DNA of 52,033 nt from Octopus bimaculoides (Eukaryota). Under the pieces are notes generated by a model. It was given only the letters and a program-made list of their open reading frames with translations, was not told the origin of the DNA and ran no database searches. The stretch spans positions 10,232,646 through 10,284,678 of the forward strand of contig NC_068986.1 of NCBI RefSeq assembly GCF_001194135.2, read 5' to 3'. The first letter of the stretch is position 1, and the number at the start of each line of letters is the position of its first letter. A program made the translations under genes and the position numbers. Shown piece after piece: positions 23,001 through 34,887 of this stretch.

Positions 23001-26000
23001 NNNNNNNNNNNNNNNNNNNNNNNNNNNNNNNNNNNNNNNNNNNNNNNNNNNNNNNNNNNNNNNNNNNNNNNNNNNNNNNNNNNNNNNNNNNNNNNNNNNN
23101 NNNNNNNNNNNNNNNNNNNNNNNNNNNNNNNNNNNNNNNNNNNNNNNNNNNNNNNNNNNNNNNNNNNNNNNNNNNNNNNNNNNNNNNNNNNNNNNNNNNN
23201 NNNNNNNNNNNNNNNNNNNNNNNNNNNNNNNNNNNNNNNNNNNNNNNNNNNNNNNNNNNNNNNNNNNNNNNNNNNNNNNNNNNNNNNNNNNNNNNNNNNN
23301 NNNNNNNNNNNNNNNNNNNNNNNNNNNCTGGTCAGTAGTCGTAGACTCGTGTTGCTGATGTGGCGACGGCGGTGGTAATCGTTGGCTGGACGAAGCTGTT
23401 GAAGTGGTCACTGGCTGATTGTTGCTGCTGCTGTCGTGTGGTACACGGAACAGATCTCAAAGAGAACTGAACCGAGACCAATTTGCTGGGTATAATGTCG
23501 GTCTATTTATAACGAATTATCGGCTCACCAGACATCAGAAAAATACTCTATCACGTGACCTTATTAGGGGCCGTGATTGGTCAGTTTGCGTTCTGGCGGG
23601 AACGGTTCGAAGAAGTTGCTGCTTCAAATAATAATCAGTCACGTGATGACAAGGAGATGGGTTCTCCGCTACGCCCGCGCTTGTTTATATTTAAATGAGA
23701 AGATTGTATGTAATGGCGATAGTAGTTTTGTATCTAATGGCGATAGGTAGTTTCACTACATACAGTCCAATGAAGGCTACACGGCAGATTAACAGACAAT
23801 TTAGTCTACAACCCAATGAAGGTTACATGGTAGATTAGCAGACATAATTTAATATACAGTCCAATGAAGGCTACACGGCAGATTAACAGACATAATTTAG
23901 TTTACAGCCCAGTGAAAGCTACACGGCAGATTAAAAGACAATTTAGTCTACAGCCCAATGAACACCACACGAGAGATTTACAGACGCTCTTTAATACCTT
24001 ACGACTGCCTTCTCTCAACCGCTTCTCCAGCCGTGTCTTTCTCACTGAACCAACTTTATTCATACACTTCCATTCATAGCTACCCAATGTACCTGTTACT
24101 CATTTAATCGTCTCCACTGTGTATCACTTCTCAAATTCCTCAACTTTTTCTTTACAAATCACCAGCTTCTGAAAAGCTGCTGCGTTACATGCACCAACAG
24201 TGAAATCCCTGCTAAACATTTTCAGTCACACCGTCCTTAACAGCAACACGAGAAGTCGTCAATGCTTTCCTGTCGTGTCTTCTCCGAAGTATTAACAAGG
24301 TTACACATAAGAGAAGTGACTGAGTCGATATCTTATCTGAATATCTAGTAGGCTTTATAGTATATTGTGTTTGCATAACGAAGTACCACGTACCTACAAA
24401 TTACTACTGTTTGCATACCAGCCTGCAGGAATGCATCTAATATGTAAATTGATATATCCAATAACTTAAAGCTGTATGCGGTGGCTATATAAGCAATGTG
24501 TTCGGAGTCGAGAATGGTTTAGATGGGTGCTGATGAAGGGGCAACAAGCCCCTGAAATATGGCATATACACTCATTACCCATTTTTGTCTCCAATCTCGT
24601 TGTTTGTTTACATCTGATGTCTCGATGCGAAACGTAGCAAAGCTCAATGCTGGTTATAATTTCTATAGAAGATCTGTAGAGATAACCTTAATAAAATAAT
24701 GTGAAAAGCACTTCTAACGCAGTAGAACATGGTATTGACTTATGAAAACATTTAATACACCTTATAGTTGGTCATGATTACATAACGAAGTACCACGTGC
24801 CTACAACTCATTAATAAGTCGATATCTGTACAAAAACGGTGCAGGTCTTTCAGACTTATGGAAGCCACATTGGATCTGAGCGGAATTATTTCACGGAACT
24901 TAAAAGCGTGTTCTATAGGTTAAGTATTAGAGTGCATTTGTACTCTAATAAGTATTTAGAGTACATGTACTCTAAATGCTGTGGTATCTCTTGAAAATAC
25001 ATCTGCGTTGAAAATAGATTATGTTTGTGCTGAGTATACTGCAGCCAGAGATATTTGTTTTCTAAATAAAACGCGATATGTTTAAGTGTAGGTGTTGTAA
25101 GAAGCTTGCTTCCCAACCACATGGTTCCGGGTTCAGTCCCACTGCGTGACACCTTGGTTAACTGTCTTATCCTACAGCTTCAGGTCGGCTTAAGAGCCTT
25201 GTGAGTGGATTTGGAAGATGGAAACTAAAAGAAGCCCCCTGTCGTTGTGTGCACATATTTGTCTCGCATCACCGCTTGACAACTGGTGCTGGTTTGTTTA
25301 CGTCCTCATAATTTAGAGGTTCGACAAAAGAGACTGATAAAATAAGCACCAGGCTTAAAAACAAAAATAAGTACTAGGGTCAACTAAAATTCAAGGCGGT
25401 GCCCCAGCATGGCCGCAGTCCAATGACTGGGCCCAAAGTCACTCGACAGTAAATCAAAATTCCATAAATACTCTCTGTAATTCTGTATTAACCTCAAATT
25501 GGAAAATGTGTCGCTCAAGAAGGACTTCATTTGAACAATTTCCATGATGTTTCATATTTAGATGCTTTTATTAAATTCATTCAGTTGTTAAACATAAATA
25601 GATCTTGGAATTAAATGGTTTTGATTTACTCTCAGGTGACTTTAGGCCAACCCTGTATTTATATGAGAGAGCCTAATTTCCATTTGGCAACTAGCTTTAG
25701 AAAGACGTTCAAAGACTTAATAAAAATTTGATTTATTTTGTACAATGAAATGTGTGTGCGTGGATAGCTAAGGTTGGTGCTTTAAATTATTCTGTCGTAT
25801 TGTTCCATTGTGTAATTTTACAGCCATAACAAATGAAACCAACAAAAAGGAAGGAACAAGCGATCAATTACTGAAAAAACAATGGAGCAGGAAGTTCTTG
25901 GCCAGCAGACAGTGCCAAGTTGAAGAGCAGCCATTTCATTATAAGGAAGCGTTCTTTTATGTTCTTTTACTTGTTTCAGTCATTAGACGGCGGCCATGCT

Positions 26001-27461
26001 GGGGCCATACTGGGGCCATACTGGGGCCATGCTGGAACCACGCTGGGGCCACGCTGGGGCCATGCTGCAGCACCGCCTTGAAGAATTTTTAATTAGCCCC
26101 AGCACTTATTTTCTTTTTATAGCCTGGTACTTATTCTATGGGAATCTTTTGTCAAACCGCTAGGTACAGAGACGTAAACAAACCAATACTGTTTGTCAAG
26201 CGATGGTAGGAGACAAACACTCACACAAACACACACAAATACATATGTCCATTGGCTCTGAAGATATTTTACTCTAAATAACCAAAATGCAAACTTATTT
26301 CATTCTGTAGGCCTTATTAAAAATGTTAAATTAATTTATATCCATTAAATATCTCCATTTTCTTAACTATGTATATACGTCGAGCTTCTTTCAGTTTCCG
26401 TTAGCCCGAAGCTATAGTAGAGGACACTTGCCCAAGGCGCCACGCAATGGGACTGAACCCGGAAGCATGCGGCTGGAAAGAAAATTTACTATATAGCCAC
26501 ATCTGCGCCTGGTTATTTATAAAAACAAAACAAGCGAATATTTTGGTAGGGAGAATTAATGAATTCTATTTTCCATTATAAAATGGCCACGTATGTGACT
26601 ACCGGGCCAGATATACAAGGGGCTTACCTTTCTCTAAATCTAGACATAATTCTGGTACAATTAATATTTTGATGATCAGAGGGTGGCGAGCTGGCAGAAT
26701 CGTTTGCACGCTGGCTAAGAATGCTTAGCGGCATTTCGTCCTTTACATGCCGAGTTCAAATGCCACCAAAGCCGACTTTGCTTTTCATCCTTTTGGGATC
26801 GATAAAATAAGTACCATTTGAGCACTGGGGTCGATGTAATAGACTTACCCCTCTCCCGAAATTGCTGGCTTTGTGCCAAAATTTGAAGCCAATATTTTTG
26901 GTGATTAGAATAAATAAATTATAAATTCCTTGCGAAATAAATGTTCTTTGTTCAAGAAAATATTCTTTACTAGACATAGTTATAAATTAAAACTGTTTGC
27001 GAAATAAACGACCTTTGTGTTGAAGAACTAAATAATCTTTATAATTGGTTATATGACAGGTATGGAAGCAGTCCTGCAATGACCGAAAGCGACTCAGACT
27101 TTATTTAGGCCAAGACAACTCATTAAAATTTGTAAGAGTTTGTCTTTAAGCAATTTTCTAATCTCGAAATGGCACAGATAAAAAGATGTTAATTTAGGGG
27201 ATTACAGTATACTAAGACCGAGAAATTAATCATGACTAAGTCTCGAGCTTTACGTCCATTACGTTGAAGCTGATCTCGGTTTCCGTAGCACTTAAACCAG
27301 TTTATCTAGGGTTCAATCCCAATCAGTTGCCGCCGATTCGGCCAGAAGGAAAAGAGCAACTTGAAACGGGCCCACGATGCCTAAACCACGTGCCTTCGCA
27401 ATGTTGAAAATAACTGCGACAGCATTTTTCATTCATTTTCTAAAATACACCCACCTCCCGT

Positions 27462-27500
<39 letters not shown>

Positions 27501-29960
27501 CAATAATTCTTGACGAATTCGGTCGACTCCTTTAAGTAACAACTCATCTGTCGTAATGGCGTCAATTTGGATTCTTTCAAGAGGTACAGCGTCTCTATAA
27601 GTCTTACACACTTATATCTAAATAACTCCATTGTTCTTGAGACTAGTGATCTCATGCAATGAGGGATAATCCTCAAGGGAAAATACCTGTTAATCTGATA
27701 AATATTTGAGTTTTCCTATTTCACGAGTTTATTTCATTAATATTTCAGTTGTGAAAGAGAAAATGCTCTTCAAAATATGATCAAAACTGCATATCTTTAC
27801 TTAGACTTAAGTGCTCCGGCGCTGGATGACGCATGGGGCAGTCAAAGTACTTCAGCGGGTGCTCGCGACTGAAGGTGACCCACTTTAGATTGTGTGGACC
27901 TCGACAAGCAATCAACAGAGACAGCTCCACTTACAGTTAGCTTTCTCAATACAAATGGTTGGGGTTCAGATTAGTATCATGTCCTCGGGGGAAAAAAAAA
28001 CAAGTTACGAGGACAGAGATTACGTATCGTAGACTAATTAATCTGATACTTTTCGGTTTGTGCCCTTCATTGTTATATGTGTATATAATATGAAAACAGA
28101 CGGATACTACTGCATTCAGGCCTCAACCTCACCGATGATTAGGTCGGGGTTAATGTAAAAGATAATGTAATGGGAGATTGTGTGCGATTGTATGATACAA
28201 CGCTATTTGTGACAACAAAACCTCAGCTTCTATTACAGGAGATCGTGTTACGTTGAATCAAGTCTACTGTTGCTATAAACAGATTTTTCTTCTGCAATCA
28301 GTAGCAACATTACTAAAGGGTTCAATAAATCACCATAATTATTTTTTTTATGTAGCGTAGTCAAAGTCAGACATTTTCAAGGAGGGACGTTGTCAGTAAA
28401 GTAGGTTTTATTATTACATCAAACCTAGAAAGTAAAACAGACGACATAACCAGATGTCATCTGCCGAGCTTACCAACCAGTAATTCATTATCGTACAATC
28501 ACAGCATAACAATGCTGGCAAAATGTTATTTTTACCTGCAAACAACGGATGTTCTTTGTTAAGTAGTTGTAGCTGTTCTCGTCAGGGTCTAATGTAATAT
28601 CTAGCCTGTAGTCGAGAGTTCGAATTGCTTCAATGGTGCTGTGGCGCCCACGACTAAGACAATTGTCAGTTAACTCAGTTTTACCGAGCAGTAAATGATG
28701 GTATACCATCATAAATGAATGAAGATACCCACCTTCTGGGTGATGTAAACATGTAACAAGAAGTTTAACATCGAACGTTGTGCGCGCGCACACACAGAGC
28801 CATGTCTACTACTTTTAATGGCGTTAATGTTGATGTTTATCCGTCTGTTTTCGAGGCTCATTGAGCCTGAGTTTATTCTATGTTTCTGTGCTGTTTAAGT
28901 GTCGGAGAATACAGAAAATAACACCAGTTCGTTGCAGTATTGCCTTCTTTTTGCTTTTAATAAGGCCTTCTTTCTTGGTAACACTGTAACATCCTCTCTT
29001 ATCTGCGAAAAGGAAGTTAAGGCCAGTTTTTTGAGATAAGCTCTTGTTCAAATAAACTTTCTGAATACACACAAGACACTTGGTAGGCCAAACGAACAAA
29101 TACATTCTTTGTTTCTCATCTCGGTTTTTCTCAATGTCAGTTACATTTGTTGTTGGAGATAAGTTTTTTTTAAGCTATTCATTTATGATGAAGGCAATGG
29201 ATAGACAGAACTGAGAAAGTTCATCGAACAAAATGTTAGTGCAGCATTTTGTTGTGCCTTCCTCTTCGATTTTTAGTTTAAATCTCATCGAGGTTAAGTT
29301 TGTAATTTCAACTTTTCGTAATCGATACAATAATAACCTCCATGCAATCCCCCCCCCCCCACTGGTAATTAACAATCAATACTTTGTAGTGTAAAAAGGG
29401 ACGAATGGTTATCTCTTGGTGTGGAGGGGAATCAATTATATGCGTTTAAAAAAAAAATTGGAATGGTGCCTTCTGTATAATTTCGATTACAATGCTGAAG
29501 ACAAAGTTAAGGAAAGAAGAAAAAGAAATTTGTGGTAATCAGTATTTTCCAAGTAATCAGTATTTTCCAAGTGGAAGAATCCTGCCAACTTATGAAAATT
29601 TCAACTATTCAACGGATTTAATGATTTCAATTTTGGCACGAGGTCAGCAATTTAAAGAAGAGGTCAAGTCGATTACATCGACCCCCAATATTTGGCAGGT
29701 ACTTTATTTTACTGACCACACTTGAATGAAAAGCACGTTTGACCTCGGTGGGACTTGATCTCAGAATGTAAAGCGCAGGAAGAAATGTCGCGGAGCATTT
29801 TATCCGAAGTGCTAACCAGTCTGCCAGCTGGCCGTTAAGACATGAAACGATAAATGGAGAGAACGGCCAGAGTTTAAGAGAATATAATCGGCCCCGAACT
29901 CCAGCAAAATGTATTGATTGCTACTTTTCTTTTGTTCACTCACACGTAACACACATACAC

Positions 29961-29992
<32 letters not shown>

Positions 29993-30278
29993 ACATATAC
30001 ACATATATACATTCACACACACATTCGCGCGCGCACACACACATTATATATAGCTCAAATCTACAGAAAACAAAGGACAAAGACAGGTGAAGGAACAACA
30101 AAGCAGGTGTATTAGTTTAACTCTCAGGAAGACTGGAAAAGTCTTTGACGTTTCGAGCCTATGCTCTTGAACAGAAAAGAATAAGAAAGAAAAGTGGAAA
30201 CAGAAACAATGTGTAGAGATTAACGGTTCGATATGATGAAATGGCCTGGATTAATGGTTCAACATGAAATCATCACAC

Positions 30279-30310
<32 letters not shown>

Positions 30311-30923
30311 NNNNNNNNNNNNNNNNNNNNNNNNNNNNNNNNNNNNNNNNNNNNNNNNNNNNNNNNNNNNNNNNNNNNNNNNNNNNNNNNNNNNNNNNNN
30401 NNNNNNNNNNNNNNNNNNNNNNNNNNNNNNNNNNNNNNNNNNNNNNNNNNNNNNNNNNNNNNNNNNNNNNNNNNNNNNNNNNNNNNNNNNNNNNNNNNNN
30501 NNNNNNNNNNNNNNNNNNNNNNNNNNNNNNNNNNNNNNNNNNNNNNNNNNNNNNNNNNNNNNNNNNNNNNNNNNNNNNNNNNNNNNNNNNNNNNNNNNNN
30601 NNNNNNNNNNNNNNNNNNNNNNNNNNNNNNNNNNNNNNNNNNNNNNNNNNNNNNNNNNNNNNNNNNNNNNNNNNNNNNNNNNNNNNNNNNNNNNNNNNNN
30701 NNNNNNNNNNNNNNNNNNNNNNNNNNNNNNNNNNNNNNNNNNNNNNNNNNNNNNNNNNNNNNNNNNNNNNNNNNNNNNNNNNNNNNNNNNNNNNNNNNNN
30801 NNNNNNNNNNNNNNNNNNNNNNNNNNNNNNNNNNNNNNNNNNNNNNNNNNNNNNNNNNNNNNNNNNNNNNNNNNNNNNNNNNNNNNNNNNNNNNNNNNNN
30901 NNNNNNNNNNNNNNNNNNNNNNN

Positions 30924-30959
<36 letters not shown>

Positions 30960-33900
30960 TCATGGCATATTCATGTCTTTGACGAATCATGAATTGTTCC
31001 TTCTCCGTTTATTTCTGTCTCTCGCAACATCACCCAGGTCTTTCTCGATCTGCACGTTCAATCTCTTCTTCATCCAGTCGAGCATCTTCATTCTCTGCTT
31101 TCCTCTCGCTCTTCTTCCCATCAGTCTCCACCATGTAACACTCCATTCCATCATCCTGTCTGAGAAAACTACCAACAAATCTTCACTCTCTCTCTCTCTG
31201 CTTCTATCCATCAACTGTCTCTTCACTTTCATCCTCGTCAACACTTCCACATTCGTCACCCTCTGCACCTACGAGATTCTAAGCAATTTTTCTATAAAAC
31301 CACATTTCTGCAGCTTTGAGTCTCTTCTCCATGATTTTGCTTATCGTCCAAGACTCACATCCATACGTTAGCACCGACCAGATGTAGTACTTCAATAGTC
31401 TTTTCTTGACTTCCATTCCAATTCTCTTTGCACAAAAAATGCTCCTCATATCCATAAAAGTCTTCTTTGCTAATCCAATTCTACACTTGATATCCTTATC
31501 TGACCTTCCATCCGATGTTATCCAACTTCTCAGATATATGAAACTGTCCTGCTGCTCTATCCCGGTTCCATTCACCGTCAAGCGACATGCGGGTACCTGT
31601 GCTTTCTTGGTACAGACCATTGAAAAGGTTTACTGGCAGTTAATCGTCAATCTAAGCTTTCCACTTTCCTCAGTCACGATATTAATAAATCCCTGAAGTT
31701 TCTCTTCTGTGTTCACAAACAAAGCCATATCATCTGCATACCTCAGAGTGTCATAGTTCCTTTCCTCCAGTTGTAGCCCTGCAATTGTCTTGATCTTTCT
31801 TAGCGCTTTCTGACTATACAGGTTGAATAAATCAGGTGACAAAATACAACCCTACCGGACGCCTTTCTGAATGTCAATCCAGTCGCCCAATTCTCCATGC
31901 ACTCTGATGACTGCTTTCTGGTCTCAATACAAATTTCGAATCATTCTTAGATATTTCCCATCAATCTTGAGTTCTTCCAGCATTCTCACCAACTCTTCAC
32001 GCTTGACACAGTCAAACGCCTTCACATAGTCTATAAAACAGATGTTAAAGTCTTTTTGTTCCTCTATACACTTTTCCACCAACGTCCTCAAGCACAGAAT
32101 TACATTTCTCGTCCCCTTTCCTGTTCGATAGCCGAACTCTTCATCTGATAGATTTCCCCTAATAATACCTTTCACTCGATTCAATTCCACTCTCAAAATA
32201 ATCTTTGTCACATGACTCATTAGGCTTTTATCATTCTGTGATTTTTGCACTCGATTGTTCCAGACTTTTTAGGCAAGGTGATGAAGATTGATTCCAACAT
32301 TTCTTCAGGAACATCCCCCGAGTTGTAAACATGGTTCGCTATCTCTGTTAATTTTTCTACTCCAAAACTCCCCAAAGCATTTACTAGTTCAAACGCGATG
32401 TTGTTATTTCCCGCCGCTTTTCCACTTTTAATCTTGTCCGTAGCCTGCTTGATTTCAGCTGCTGTAATCATATGGCCATCCATCGGCTTGCTTATCTCTG
32501 GTTTTTATTTCCTTCCATCATCAGCGTAGAAACCTTTGATGTAATCGGTCCACCTTCTCTTGACCGACTCATCAGCCATCAGAATGGTGCCATCTTCGTC
32601 TTTAATACAACCTGTCAGATTTTTCTCATTCCTAAATGTAGCCTGTCTAACTTTTTCATGCATCATCCGTGCCTCCAGCTCTTCGATCTCTTCATAACAA
32701 CCCTTCCTTTGCATTTTTGCACATCTTTCGAATCTCTTCGTTCAATTGTCTGTACATCTCCGGGTCATTCTTTGCCAGTCATCCTATGAAGTATCTCTTA
32801 TTTTTCAAAATTCTTTCAGTTTCCGGAAGCCATTCCTCCATTGCCTTTATCAGTGCATTCTGCAGGAATTTCCATTCATCTTTCTCCTCCGACTGTCATC
32901 TTCCGTCATACGGATCCATTACGTTTTGTCAAAACCATGTCCTGATATCATTGTCTAATTTTAGCAGCTTTAACTTTAGTCGAGGTGCAGTCTTCTTCCG
33001 ATAGATTTTCTTTAATTTCAATCTGATTTTTCCGGGAAGCAATATATTATCAGTGTTACAATCGGATCCTGGTTACGTACTGACCCTTTGCACTGAATTT
33101 CGAAAGCGTTCATTGACCAAGACGAAATCAATCTGATTCCGGCAACCATGCGCAGGACTTACACTATTATATGTATATTCGTGGCACTCCGTCGGTTACA
33201 ACGATGCGGGTTCTAGTTGATCCGATCAACGGAACAGCCTGCTCGTGAAATTAACATGTAAGTGGCTGAGTAATTAACGTGTAAGTGGCTGAGTAATCCT
33301 TCTCAAATTATTCGAACGAGCTCTAAAATAACCACTGCAGTTTTTTTAGAGCTTCCTTGCAAGTGGTAAGCTCCCAGACAAATTGAAGGAGGGAATGATA
33401 TGCCCTACCCACTAAGGAGGAAGCAGAGCAGATACTAAAAGTTATCTGCCTATCTCTCTCATTTCACACATCAGCAAAGTCATGGAACGAATAGCCTGCA
33501 GGAAACTAATTGCGTTCCTTGAAGAGAATGATTTGATGGCTAACACCCTACACGGTTTTCGACCAGGTAGAAGCTTTCTATCAGCTTTTACAGAACTACG
33601 ACTGGGTGTTAAAGCAGCTGCTCAACAACTCAAATGTAGACTTGACATATCTTGACTTTGCAAAAGCTTTTGATAAAGTCGACCATGGTATGCTATGTCA
33701 CAAACTGAGTCATCTCGGCATTGTCGGAAAACTTGGAGAGTGGGTACACGACTATCTGAAGATAAGCAGGCAGTGGTGGCCAATGGAGCTACCTCAAAGG
33801 AAACACAAATACTAAGTGGTGTTCTACAGAGCACAATCTTAGAGCCACGGCTATCCATTCTGGCCCTCTCAGACATGCCCTCAGCTGCTCAGATAGCCAC

Positions 33901-34786
33901 CCTTGCCAGCTATGCAGACGACACAAAAATCTCTCAGGGGATTCAGAAGCCTGGAAATATTGCGTATCTGCAATGAGAGTTAGACGCAATATACCGTTGG
34001 GCTAACGATAATAACATGCAGTTTAATACCGGAAAATTCCAAGTCCTGTGCTACCAGCACACAAAGCTGAACAAAACGCAAACAGAATACACTGGCCCAG
34101 GAGGAATCTCAATCCCTGAATCAAAATCAGTGCGTGACCTGGGCATCGAAATGAGTACTGATGCATCTTTCCGGGTGCATAATCTTAATTTGGTAATAAA
34201 ATCCTGACGGCTAGCTGGATGGATCCTCCGAACTTTCCAAACGAGAGAACGGGAAGCTATGATGGTCCTTTGGAGGGCGTATGTCCTCAGCCGCTTACAC
34301 TACTGCTCCCAACTACGGTCACCATACAGTATAAAATTAACGGCGGAATTCGAAGTAATCCAACGAAGCTGCATAAAGAAAATCCTTTCAATGCAACATG
34401 TCAGCTACGGAGAAAAGCTGAAAAACTTAAGACTCCACTCCGTAGAACGAAGACGGGAAAGATATGCAGTGATATCCATCTGGAAGATCCTTGGGCCTGG
34501 AGACTAGCCGGGAGTTTACACCTCGCTTGGATATTTACCCCTTCTGAGGTTCCGCTCGCTAAGAAATGTATGTAGTCCGGATTTTATCCACTCCATTCCT
34601 TAACTCTTGGATTTTTATTCGCATAATCCGGCAACCCTGGAAAAAACCCCGCAACCTTCCACACCAATAAACCACTATTGTTCTTGAAAGTTGTTCTTTT
34701 TTCTTTTCCTATTTTCTACGGATTGCTTGAACCTTACTTTCTTCCTACACCTTGATCCTTGGATCTTACACACACACACACATACA

Positions 34787-34831
<45 letters not shown>

Positions 34832-34845
34832 TCATNNNNNNNNNN

Positions 34846-34887
<42 letters not shown>

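Noticed and set aside
22403-23411. Long ORF-track entries here and at 30.2-31.0, 39.1-39.8, 40.6-41.7, 43.5-44.7 and 48.6-49.3 kb
   Set aside because: They are open only because they run through N gaps and microsatellites.
24612-24640. CTGATG...CGAAACGTA second hammerhead-like string
   Set aside because: A9 is missing and there is no credible stem II or stem I.
28488-28793. 101-aa minus ORF with an internal AG...GT pair
   Set aside because: No recognisable domain, and it is not needed for the CA reading frame.
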